This document shows positions 25,163-36,203 of a stretch of 64,000 nt of DNA, piece by piece. The DNA lies in NCBI RefSeq assembly GCF_964204645.1, contig NC_134026.1:9261950-9325949 (forward strand), read 5' to 3'. How positions within the stretch are numbered: the stretch's first letter is position 1; every line of letters begins with the position of its first letter. The notes below the pieces were generated by a model that saw only the letters and a list, made by a program, of their open reading frames with translations, had not been told where the DNA came from and did no database searches. This DNA comes from Tubulanus polymorphus. Taxonomy: Eukaryota > Animalia > Nemertea. The position numbers were made by a program, and so were the translations under genes.

Positions 25163-27346
25163 TCAAGTTTGTGATGCAATTTCTTTATCGCTCGAATCCG
25201 AATCGAGATCCAAAAGCGCGAAACGATTCGTGACATCTTCATTCAGAGAACTAGCTTTCTCGATCATTCTCGCCTCATCGTTTGAATCAGACACTTCAGC
25301 AGCAAACGCGTTCTTATCGCAACTGCGTTTTTTATTAGAAGAACTGTTTTCCATTTTCTTCGGTTTCTTGCGCTTTTCTACATCCGCGAAATCGCCCTCG
25401 CCCGTCAAACAGCCGCCCGCGACAACAGCGGCCACCATTTTCTTGTACAGGTCCGTGATGGCCGTCTGGCGGCCGAGGAGTTCGCTGACGTACAAATCCG
25501 GCTGCTTTCGACTCATCAATTCGCGGCAGACGTTATACGCGAACGTGCCATTGAAAAGAACGGCCGGATTCGGACAATCGAACGGCTGAAGAAACAACTG
25601 ATTCAAGTGTGTTACCGCCAGTACAACCGTCTGCAATTGAGCGAAACCGTGCACTACGTCAACTTCGAAAGGATCTTTTGAACTGTGCTTTCGTTGCAGT
25701 TCGAATCGCTTCAGCTTATCGACTGCGGCGACAAGATCTTTACAATCGCCGGTTTTGTCGTCTTCGCGCAGCAGCAGACTTAGCATCGCCCTACAAGCGC
25801 TCGAATCCGAAAAGATATTTTCCGTCTTTTTTTTCCGCGAGCACGTATCCAACGCGGACATCTTCATCCAACAAACTATAACTGCGCGCAAATGATTGCG
25901 CGTGACTTTGGGAGTAGCATTTTTCACCCAGTAAACAATGATCGCGAAATATAGCAACATTTCCACCGGGAACGCGTCAAACGATGCGGCGTTGACGCCT
26001 AGAATTCCGAGGACGAGCTCACTTCTTCGATTGCTGTCCAACTCCAGAATACGCGTCAAATCTAAATCGATCTTACAATCGCCGACGGCGCAATTTCGTT
26101 TAACTAACTGTTTTCCGACGCGGTCGTATTCTTCGACGGTCCCGAATCGGCGCTTATCGCGGGAAGACGTTTGATTCGGTCGACCACTCAATAGAATGCC
26201 ATAGATCACGCGCCGTATCGCGCTCGAACAAACGTAAGACGACGACTGTGCGTAGTCCTCCATCTGACAGAGCAGCATCACGCGGTGCACGACGGCCGCG
26301 TTCATCGTGAGCGCGGCGAGCTTCCCCGCGCGAAACAGCGCCACGTACTCGTCGGGGAACCGATTTCCGAAATAATCGGTCAACTCAGGATTCAGGAGTT
26401 TACGGTCGTCGATGTATAAATGCAGCCTCGACGTCAATCGCGAGTAACTCTGCATCGACTTCTCGATATCTTTTATAGTTTTGTCTCGTTCGGCTTTTTT
26501 CTGATGCAGCACGATGCGATCGAGCGCGCTCGGCAAGTCGACTTGATGACGCAGCCATTCGACGACCGAAATGACGTTCTTGTTCGGTATGCGTCGTTGT
26601 TTTTGTCGCGCGGTCTTTTTTCGCGCCTGACTCAGGTGCGCGTAGAACGACTGAAATCGCAACGAACTGACGACGTCGTTGCCTAAAAGCGTCGCCAACA
26701 ACGGAACCATTGCCGCGTCGAATTGGTAACGCTTTGCGAAAGCATCGCGGTAGTAAGTGTACACTGACAAACAACAAGCGCCGTTCTCATCCGTTCTGAC
26801 GTTCGTATTCATGAACCCGATTGGTATGTACCCTTTCGGCAGGTCGTAAATATAGAAATCGCTATCTTTACTGATCACGGGACATTTCCAGTGCATAGCG
26901 AGCGCGGCGATTCGTTCGTCGGCCTCGAAATCACATGTCATGTGACATACACCCAACTCGTCCAACGTTTGCACGAACACCGACTTCGCCAGAATCGGCA
27001 AAATCTGTCCTTGCCCTTTTTGACATTTGTGCGTGCAGACGTGAATTCGGTCGCGCGCGCGTTTCAATGTGGTCGACAGTTTTCGATCGTCTTTGTTGTA
27101 GCTGCCGTCGAAAACGACGAATGGACGGATATCGCATCGTCGCAGGACATCGAAGAACTCGGCGATGACTCGCGCGTAATCGTCGTAGCTGCCGCCGTAT
27201 TTACACGGCAGGTTGCGGTCGGACGACAAGTGCAGATGGTAGAACAGGTTGTTGCCGTCGATGAGGACGGTTGTGTCGCGCAGGTTTTCACGCACGAAAA
27301 CGTCAGGATTATCGTCCATGAACGTCGATAGTCCGACCACTCCCAT
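25163..27346 (-). CDS. ASTE1: Asteroid homolog 1 (PIN/XPG-like structure-specific nuclease), 727 aa, single coding exon
   Basis: Starts MGVVGLSTFM. Acidic motifs LIDGNN, VVFDG, FEAD, SKDSDF and LLGND are present, plus YGGSY and the C-terminal HGFAQLQ...LNQLFLQP...FNGTFAYN. A splice acceptor TTTTCCAG at ~27372 implies an upstream non-coding exon. Confidence 0.93.
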   Translation of the reverse strand: MGVVGLSTFMDDNPDVFVRENLRDTTVLIDGNNLFYHLHLSSDRNLPCKYGGSYDDYARVIAEFFDVLRRCDIRPFVVFDGSYNKDDRKLSTTLKRARDRIHVCTHKCQKGQGQILPILAKSVFVQTLDELGVCHMTCDFEADERIAALAMHWKCPVISKDSDFYIYDLPKGYIPIGFMNTNVRTDENGACCLSVYTYYRDAFAKRYQFDAAMVPLLATLLGNDVVSSLRFQSFYAHLSQARKKTARQKQRRIPNKNVISVVEWLRHQVDLPSALDRIVLHQKKAERDKTIKDIEKSMQSYSRLTSRLHLYIDDRKLLNPELTDYFGNRFPDEYVALFRAGKLAALTMNAAVVHRVMLLCQMEDYAQSSSYVCSSAIRRVIYGILLSGRPNQTSSRDKRRFGTVEEYDRVGKQLVKRNCAVGDCKIDLDLTRILELDSNRRSELVLGILGVNAASFDAFPVEMLLYFAIIVYWVKNATPKVTRNHLRAVIVCWMKMSALDTCSRKKKTENIFSDSSACRAMLSLLLREDDKTGDCKDLVAAVDKLKRFELQRKHSSKDPFEVDVVHGFAQLQTVVLAVTHLNQLFLQPFDCPNPAVLFNGTFAYNVCRELMSRKQPDLYVSELLGRQTAITDLYKKMVAAVVAGGCLTGEGDFADVEKRKKPKKMENSSSNKKRSCDKNAFAAEVSDSNDEARMIEKASSLNEDVTNRFALLDLDSDSSDKEIASQT

Positions 27347-27966
27347 CGCGACGTCGGCAGGCCTTAGATCTCTGGAAAACAATTACAGTAGAACTAGTCA
27401 AATACTGGTCTGTGGTTTAATGTCAGGGATATTTTCACAAACCATAGGGCAAAATCACTCGGTATCAGGATGTTTGGCCCTCAATAAATTGCCCCTACTA
27501 TGTTTTAATCAAATCCTATTTACTCGGGATTAAGTAGTTAGTTACCTAATTGTTGGTGGTAAGCTATCATAACCGCAGGGGCTTATACTGAAAATATCAG
27601 TAACCACAGACAGGTTACTGACTATGAATTGAAGTAACACCACCTTAATACTAGCTACAAATTACAATAAATTACGCAAAGCTAACTAGTTGTTCGTAGG
27701 GCAATTGTCCTGGATTCAATCATTGGTATCGACCCATCCGACATTAAAAGTTAACCACCTATTTAGGTAATTAATAACAGTAGAACACACTCAATCAGGT
27801 TGGTAATCTGTCTATAGTAACTGCTGTTCAAGTTGGTCCTACTTTGTGGTCATTCATTCCCTGACATTCTCATTCGCTCATATATACCCCATGTACCCCA
27901 TGACGAGAGAAATCCCACAATCACGAAGCCAAGATTGAAAAATTCTATATCAGAATAATAATATTT

Positions 27967-28015
27967 GAGGAGCGACGTTTTGGCTAACAACTGTTAGCCA
28001 TCATCAGGCGTTCTC
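27967..28015 (-). ncRNA. Degenerate minimal hammerhead motif (Penelope-like pLTR relic)
   Basis: Minus strand CTGATGA-T-GGCTAAC-AGTT-GTTAGCC-AAAA-CGTC. Perfect 7-bp stem II, but the GAAA core reads AAAA. Confidence 0.55.
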
Positions 28016-29239
28016 ATCATCATACACGGATATTGTGTATCTTCTCGTCTAATGTACCCCATTGCGCATGCTCAGAATAAAAAAACTAGGCATCTTTTTA
28101 AACCTAGAAAATTTGGGTTTAGGATGTAGACGGATTATTATGATTATTATTACTATCGAGTTGGTAGGTGGGGGTAAGGCTATAAGTAGTACAGTTACAT
28201 TAGTATATTTGTACTACCAGTTCTTTCACCAGTGCTGTTACAAATATATTCTTGGCCGATTCTTCCAATTCACAGTTCAGTATTAGTACTATGGTGCACG
28301 GGAATGACATAGTTCCTGATTGGCTAGCAATGTTAACGCACACTCCTTCATTCTCAATGCTCATTGGTAAATTTCGGGCAAAAGCCAACTACGTAATAGC
28401 TACAGTCAGTGCCGACACACGCACAGTATACTCATAGTGGCAATTGGTCGCAGCGGCACCGTATCACCATGGTGGACAAACAGTTTCTCGCATCGATCTC
28501 GAATACCATCAAGGCAGAACATACTGAATGTTTTGCAAGATCACGTGGAGTCACGTTATGCTTATTAGTTGTCAGTTACTCCTTGCCTCCGCCCCCCCTG
28601 GCAACGTCCCCAAGAACCTTAGTGTCTGTGGTAGGTACGTCAGACACTTAAGGTCCTTCTTGGTGAAATATTTCCCTACCCTTTGTAAATATCAGTATAC
28701 ATTCGTAATTGGATGTACTTATTTGCGAATGTAATCACATAATATGAAGGCTCTTTATTGCTTTTCATTAATTTCAAAGTTTATATTTTACCCTTAACAT
28801 ATTTTATTTGTCATTAAATCAGTAACAAACATCGGGTATTCGGTGAACACCCAACTACATGCAGGGATCAGTACCGCAAGGTTTACATTCCACGTCGTTA
28901 AGATGCAGAAATGTGAAATAAATCGCTTTAGTTACCACGTTTCACTAGCTGTTAACTGTTAACAAAGCATATGAAGTATCCTTGATAGTTTTCGTACGGA
29001 TGGAATAATATTACACAGTATTAAGAGTGATAATGTAGAGCTGATTCCCTTTGCCATGTCCGCTATACGGGGTGGTGTTAACAATACCCAATGTTAGCTG
29101 TAAACCGGCGGCCCGCAAAGGCTTTCATCACGTAGAGTCTCATATCTTGTTTTAGTTCCTTCAATCGTATACTATACCGATGGATACTTGAATTAGTCTC
29201 TGGATTGTATATATATCTCATAATTTGTGTAGTATCTCA

Positions 29240-29287
29240 TTATTCCTGAAGATGACTATTAGGATATAGTCGAAACGTTGAAATAAA
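29240..29287 (+). ncRNA. Minimal type I hammerhead ribozyme motif (Penelope-like pLTR relic)
   Basis: TTATTC-CTGAAGA-T-GACTAT-TAGGAT-ATAGTC-GAAA-CGTT-GAAATAA: core boxes, 6-bp stem II, palindromic ACGT stem III, bulged stem I. Confidence 0.65.
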
Positions 29288-29628
29288 CTACTATCTCGAA
29301 GTTTCATTTTCGGACTTTTTATTATCATTGTGGGATTCTCTTCTCTTCATGGAATCTTGTTGTACGGGCGGTCAAATCTAAAATGTTCAATGGTGCCCTT
29401 ATCAACAGTATGGGGACAAAACGATCAGATTTATTCAACCCAGTATTTTTAGAGACTTTGAAACATCCATAGCATTCGGTATCATCACAATCAGATTGGA
29501 TCGAATGTTAAATTATAGTTAGTCTGGTAGAATAACAGTGGTTTAAATCACTACACTACAGAACCACTTCAATATCGACCAATGTGAAATATCCAGAACC
29601 GTTACTTGTGCACCAACAGGAAGGAACG

Positions 29629-32600
29629 ATGGTCTTTATCGTTGTTTTGTCGTTTATTCTCGTCGCGTCTGTGTCCGGATTATATTTCCACATCGACGAA
29701 ACCGATAAGAAATGTTTCATCGAAGTAATTCCCGAAGAGACGGTGATTGTTGGTACGTAAGCTTGCCTATTTAAAGCCAGTCTCAATAGAATTTTTCTAA
29801 TCAAAGTCAGGTCTATATTTCATTTATATATATATATATATATTCCTGGAATGCCTGATACGATTGCAAAATATCATGACAATATTCAATTGGTAGTTTG
29901 GCACCAGTCATTGATTATTCAATTTGCCGTTATTACACTTTTGTAGGCCTAGATAGACACATTGAGTTTTTCAGCCATATTGTTTTCACAATTAATTTTC
30001 AATGAGCAAACTCTTCAGTCAAACTTAACTCCTGCGGAACTGGGTCCATATTGTTATTTTTGATTAAACGGGCCTGCAGCAGGGTTACCAATTTTACCAT
30101 AGTTGCAGGGTATTAGATTACGTATTTCTATAATCCACGATAAATCATTTTCAAAATGCATTTTCAGGCTGAAAATGAACAATATTTTTTTCAAGATTTA
30201 TATTTTCAATCAGTCGTAAATTTCACACAAAGCGTACAATTATCCTAAAAAGTACGTACGTGAAAAAGGGCCTCCAGTTATCGCGTTCCAACTCGACAAG
30301 TCGCCATATTCATATCGACATGAATATGTTGATATATCGTGACGTTTTGACGACAAATTTTGCTTTGTCGCCAATTTTCTGCGGGACCACTGTCGACTTT
30401 ACTTGTCGCGAGGAAAATGGTCGAGAAAACGAAATATGTCGTCAAAACGTCACGATACGTTGACATGTCGACGCGGCGCGATATCGCAATAGTCAACATA
30501 ATCATGGCGACTTCGCTCGAGGCCCCTTCGCTTTTATTTCGTATGTGTAGAGCAGACTCAAAATAAGCTATTTGAAGTAAATTTGAAGCAAATTCAAAAC
30601 ATATATATGGTGACAATTGATACACGCAGACGTCATCATTTGCTATGGCCGCACCTTGAATTGAAAATATTTGTTCTGTACTGATGTGTAACCCATTGAG
30701 TGGACAAAATAATCGATTTGCTTTTCATTACTTTATAAAGGCAATTTCAAGTCTGAAATTTACTACGCTGCCACGAGTACATTTCTACCAGCGAGCCCGG
30801 GGTTAGGTATCTACATACTCGTTAAAGACCCACAGAATAAAGAACTGTTTTCGGGGGTAAGAAAAGCCAGTGCTTACTTTTTTCATACGATTTGGTCCCG
30901 AAATAATTGGAAGCATGAGCAGATTCTGAACTAAAATGTGTGCCTTCGAACCCCCAGACTTCGCCTTATGTTTTTCTTTTTCACTCGCATTATAGATTAT
31001 TTCCTTAAAATATTTCTGCCACTTCACGACGGTATATTCAGTATGTAGACACCTCGGCATCCTCCACTGAGCACGTTGGCTGATGTTAATAGATAATAAA
31101 TCATCATAGAAACGACCGTGAGAACTCCGTCAAATAATGACCGGGAAAATGTTCCCAAAAACCTGTGAGAACATTCCTAAGTCAGCTCTAAATCATTATT
31201 ACCTAAGACCTGGAGTTGTATTATTTCGATCCATACCAGAAATGACAGTTTCTTCGGCTCTTCGCACGGCTCTGTTCGATAATCATCTTCTAAACGCCGC
31301 GTATTGCATTCCATTCTAAGGTCTTGCGCATTATGGTTTGTTTGCCGAGTAGTGCCGGAGACTTGCCTTACACAACAAAGCAAGTCAGTCTGGTACGGAA
31401 ATACGGAAGCGATAAAGGGCCTCGAGATGTCGCGTTCCAACTCGACAAGTCGCCATATTTATGTCGATATATCGCGATATATCGCGTCAAGTCGACATGA
31501 ACATGTCGACATATCGTGACGTTTTGACGACATATTTCGTTTTCACGACCATTTTCCTCGCGACAATACGACATATTCATGACGACTTGAAACTCAGTCG
31601 TCATATCACTGGTGTCCTCATTTTACATTTAGACAAGTCTTCAAATGACGGCTTGCCCCGTGGAAAATGGGCGAAAAAGCGAAATTTGTCGTGAAAACGT
31701 CACGATATGTCGACATATTCATGTCGACTTGACGCGATATATCGCGATACGTCGACATAAATATGGCGACTTGTCGAGTTGGAACGTAACAACTCGAGGC
31801 CCTTTATCGCTTCCGTACGGAAGCGATAAGGGGCCTCGAGATGTCGCGTTCAAACTCGACAAGTCGTCATATTTATGTCGACATACCGCGATATATCGCG
31901 TCAAGTCGACATGAATATGTCGATATATCGTGACGTTTTGACGACATATTTCGTTTTCTCGACCACTTTCCACGGGGCAAGCCGTCATTTGAAGACTTGT
32001 CTAAATGTAAAATGAGGACAAGTCGACATATTCACGACGACTTGAAACTCAGTCGTCATTTCACTGGTGTCCTCATCTTACATTTAGACGTGTCTTCAAA
32101 TGACGGCTTGTCCCGTGGAAAATGGGCGAAAAAGCGAAATTTGTCGTGAAAACGTCACGATATGTCGACATATTCATGTCGACTTGACGCGGTATATAGC
32201 GTTATATCCACATAAATATGGCGACTTGTCGAGTTTGAACGCGACATCTCGAGGCCCTTTATCGCTTCCGTACAATTGCTAAACAAATACGATACGTTAC
32301 ATGCTTCTGAAAGATTATGTCATAACATTGGTAAAAGTGAAATCATAGATGAAGATTCAGCATGATTTTAACTAGGGCTGTCGGGTCTCAATCGCTGATG
32401 CTGTCAGTGTATAGTGAACGAGAAATGGGTGCAAGTGCTTATTGAAAGAATCCAGCAGTCCAACGGTTGTTAGTTGATATATATTTGACTGAGTTCTCAT
32501 TGGAATAAACTAACTGTCTAGTCTCTAGTCAATTCTTATCAAGAACTATGGAACCGGGTACCCTGTACACCAAGTACGGAAGCGATAAAGGGCCTCGAGA

Positions 32601-34427
32601 TGTCGCGTTCAAACTCGACAAGTCGCCATATTTATGTCGATATAACGCTATATACCGCGTCAAGTCGACATGAATATGTCGACATATCGTGACGTTTTCA
32701 CGACAAATTTCGCTTTTTCGCCCATTTTCCACGGGACAAGCCGTCATTTGAAGACACGTCTAAATGTAAGATGAGGACACCAGTGAAATGACGACTGAGT
32801 TTCAAGTCGTCGTGAATATGTCGACTTGTCGCGAGGAAAGTGGTCGAGAAAACGAAATATGTCGTCAAAACGTTACGATATATCGACATATTCATGTCGA
32901 CTTGACGCGATATATCGCGGTATGTCGACATAAATATGACGACTTGTCGAGTTGGAACGCGACATCTCGAGGCCCCTTATCGCTTCCGTAACCAAGAGCT
33001 AATTGGCTATTGAATTAAATAAAGCACAAAGCCTATTGAAAGTTCATTAACTGCTACGGGATCATAATTATATCATCCGTTGTTGTACACGTTTATATTC
33101 AATGGAGTTTCAGACTTACCCTGGTGAAGGTAGATTCACATTTACTTCTTATTCTCCTGGACAACATCAAATTTGTCTTAATCGATACTCTTCCGCCTGG
33201 TACGGCGATGGAATGATAGTAGGTATCGTACGGAGCCCCGGAGGTGACATGGTGAGAAATAAGTATTTTTTTTTTTTCGTTCGAACGAAAAGTTTTTCGT
33301 GGTCGTGCAAAGCCACTATAGCGATATGAATCCGTTAAACCTGATATATCACGTAGCAGAAGGCAATTTGCAATAAAATAACCCAAAAGGAATCTATAAG
33401 ACAACTGTGATTAAATACATTTCAATCGGTTTATGATACCTTATGTTTATGAACTTTTAGTGCATCAAATTTTCAATTTATAGTTGATACATAATCTCCG
33501 GTCTCCCGTTTGGTACATTCTGATTTCTTGATGGTCTGACGAAATGCGGGTTCCGGACTTGTACCATTTCATCAAGTTCCGTCTGAAATAAAAACACAGC
33601 GACATTAAATAGATCAACAGATAATTGAGCCGTTAGTTTACATTATATTGAACTGTTCAATGCAGCGATCACGTACGTGAATGAGATCCATGAAACAATA
33701 CTGCAGAATGTTTCGATGGAGATACAAACCTTGATCCTCTAGCTCACCAAAGAGGTTCATATAATACTGGACACATTCACGTTGCAGGAATACCCAAAAA
33801 GATTTAATTCTTTGGTTAGTAGTGCTACGACCGGACATATAGGTGTGGTCGTTAACGGCAAGAAAGCGTCGAAAGGCTGCAACATGCCCGCTCTCAATTC
33901 CTAAATCACCACGAACGCGAACCGGAATCACACCCAATTCCTCAATATAATCCATAAGGTAACCAACCACCAATGATTTAAGGATCACTGTTAGTAAAGT
34001 ACACATTAAGCCGCCAAGACAACCACTCATCAAAAAGTCAAATGGGCGCAGTTTATTATAACCATCAAAATGGCAGAGGTAATTGGGACCTATTGCATAT
34101 AGTGATATCTCAGTCTTAATCAGATATATGGGCACGGGCTGAGAAAGTGGAGAGCGCCACGCGGTTGTTGACGTCACACATTTCGTTCGAATGAAAACAT
34201 TATTTCGTTCCCATAAAACGAATTTTTCGTTCGAACGAAAAAATATATATCTATTTCTCACCATGTCACCTCCGGGGCTCCGTAGTATCGGCATCACATT
34301 TCACAAACCATTGTCACCTGAATTTTTTAATCGACTGATATACTTCATTGAACAGAGAGTCCACTTAGATATCCAAGTCGATGAACATGCCAATGATAAC
34401 CAAAGCAATGCGGGCATGGACGGATAG
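29629..34427 (+). CDS. p24-alpha (TMED4/TMED9/eclair-like) paralogue truncated after the GOLD domain, 138 aa; soluble variant or young pseudogene
   Basis: Exons 29629-29752, 30741-30856, 33114-33218 and 34356-34427 are GT-AG and in frame. Protein: [42 protein letters not shown]...[12 protein letters not shown]...[18 protein letters not shown]...[17 protein letters not shown]. Coiled-coil-like [12 protein letters not shown] continues in a shifted frame. Confidence 0.8.
30253..30543. mobile_element. Diverged, internally deleted copy of the 416-bp TACGG MITE family
   Basis: Shares GGGCCTC...TCGCGTTCCAACTCGACAAGTCGCCATATT and GTCGAGAAAACGAAATATGTCGTCAAAACG with 32575-32990. Confidence 0.8.
31402..31817. 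mobile_element. 416-bp IS3EU-type MITE, copy 1
   Basis: TACGGAAGCGATAAAGGGCCTCGAG ... CTCGAGGCCCTTTATCGCTTCCGTA with long (~155 bp) imperfect TIRs. Confidence 0.9.
31816..32272. mobile_element. IS3EU-type MITE, copy 2, fused to copy 1 at a shared TA
   Basis: Junction CTTCCG-TA-CGGAAG. Same TIRs as copy 1, with an extra internal inverted segment at ~31968-32020. Confidence 0.9.
32575..32990. mobile_element. 416-bp IS3EU-type MITE, copy 3, with 6-bp TSD ACCAAG
   Basis: ACCAAG|TACGGAAGCG ... CGCTTCCGTA|ACCAAG. It is an inverted near-identical relative of copy 2. Confidence 0.93.
33229..34284 (-). mobile_element. IS3EU-like DNA transposon deletion derivative (1056 bp) with an integrase-core DDE transposase remnant
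   Basis: GTATCG|TACGGAGCCCCGGAGGTGACATGGTGAGAAATA ... TATTTCTCACCATGTCACCTCCGGGGCTCCGTA|GTATCG. Minus-strand peptide [44 protein letters not shown], with the catalytic Glu replaced by Lys. TAY..RTA ends and a 6-bp TSD match the IS3EU description. Confidence 0.88.
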
Positions 34428-34591
34428 ACTCGCTGATATTCAACTTCGAGCAAGGCAAGTTGGTGGCTTTAAACAGAACAAAAAACAACAACTAAGGGCA
34501 TGTTGGAATGACCTTTTCCTTGACACGGTCTGTTCAGTTTGGGTTAAGTAGTATAGCTCGAGCAGCATTAGGATAAATGACTAGATCGGAT

Positions 34592-34643
<52 letters not shown>
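34592..34643. repeat. (TAA)n/(TGATAA)n microsatellite
   Basis: Direct reading. Confidence 0.9.
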
Positions 34644-35680
34644 CAAAAAATAAAAAAGTAATAGAAATAAATCATAATTAAATAAGACAGATAAAGATTT
34701 AGCTATTTGACATTGCACCTTTTTCAAATAAGTCTGATAATTGAAACCAGTTCACACCCTCGGGTTTTGGTGAAATCATGATGAAACGGTCAGTGCTTTA
34801 ATTTCAGCATCGATCGTGAAGAATATTTTGACAATTGAATGAAACCGCCATATCGACTGTTGTGCATCCAAATTCTATATTCATGAATTCTGTAAATTTT
34901 TAAAAGAGTAGGGACGGATAGATTGACGATGGAGGTATACAATAATAATAATTATATACTGAAATTACTCATCGTTTTTGTCTGTTGAATGACGTTGAAA
35001 TATAAATGTATAAGACAAATCTACATGCACTACCTGGTGGCATATTTTTAAAATTGAAAGTTATCAGTTAAGAAAAAAATCCACGAAAACATATTTCCTT
35101 TTCTGAAACAAGGCCCATGAAAACAAGCTGATTTTTCGATTGATCTTTGAAGTAAATTTCTAAATTAGATAATACATTTATATTATATGGTAGATACTAT
35201 ACTATGAAATTCACATTTTACATATTTCTAATTCGAGTATCCTGGCTTGGCTTTTCGAGTATGGGCCCCGGTATAGCAGGGTTGATATCGTATTGGCTCG
35301 TGAGCTGTGCTTTCTTTGAAGTATAGTATCCTAGTGTTTTCTAGCTTGTTTTCTTGCCAAGATGATTACACCAAATTTCTACAGTAATGACGTTTTCATA
35401 ATTGTAGCATTGTTGTTGAAATACGAGAGGAAGATTTTCACGTCTTTATCACTCTGCCTTCCAGTTATTTGAAATAATATGTTGACACTGTTTTAGTGCG
35501 ATTCCAGATCAATATATATATCGCTATAAATTCTATCTTTACAAATGAGCTGAAAATACGCTAACCAGATGTCTTGTCATGGGTGCTCTGTCGGAAACGC
35601 CCGAATGCATCTTCGGGATTGCTGATGAAATAGTTGGCGTAATATAAACCTCAGAATCTACGACTTATCATTATTCTTCG

Positions 35681-35815
35681 ACTTATCATTATTATATCAG
35701 AAAAGTTGCTGAATTTCTGAAGGCTCCAAACAGGAATAAGAATGGCCAATGCACTATGACCAGTGACATAATGTTGTTGATTCCAGACTAGTTTACCACG
35801 GACATTATTATGTAC
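35681..35815 (-). pseudogene. N-terminal/TM1 remnant of a GPCR paralogue
   Basis: ATCAGAAAAGTTGCTGAATTTCTGAAGGCTCCAAACAGGAATAAGA aligns with 37813-37858 (LFLFGAFGNSATFLI). Confidence 0.75.
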
Positions 35816-36203
35816 GTAGAGACTAGTTTACCACGGACAAAATTATGTACGTAGAGACTAGTTTACCCCAGACATAGTTATGTACGTAGAGACTAGTTTA
35901 CCCCAGACATAGTTATGTACGTAGAGACTAGTTTACCCCAGACATAATTATGTACGCAGAGACTAGTTTACCACAGCCATAATTATGTATGTAGAGACTA
36001 GTTTACCAGAGGCATAACGATGTGCGTATGGACTAGTTTACCGCAGAAATAATAATGTACGTAGAGACTAGTTTACCACGGACATAATGATGTACGTAGA
36101 GACTAGTTTACTACAGACATAATTATGTACGTAGAGACTAGTTTACCACGGACATAATGATGTACGTAGAGACTAGTTTACTACAGATATAATTATGTAC
36201 GTA
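35785..36203. repeat. 35-bp minisatellite, ~12 copies
   Basis: Unit AGACTAGTTTACCACGGACATAATTATGTACGTAG. Confidence 0.96.

Noticed and set aside
25230-27533. Multiple overlapping and antisense ORFs over ASTE1
   Set aside because: Expected by-products of a GC-rich CDS, with no recognisable domains.
28621-28648. Hairpin AGTGTCTG...CAGACACT as an ncRNA or Helitron end
   Set aside because: A single 8-bp stem with no corroborating family features.
30260-32991. Repeated [16 protein letters not shown]-type ORFs as a small gene family
   Set aside because: They are translations of palindromic MITE arms.
35785-36203. 35-bp repeats of CRISPR-repeat length
   Set aside because: The units are directly head-to-tail with no spacers.
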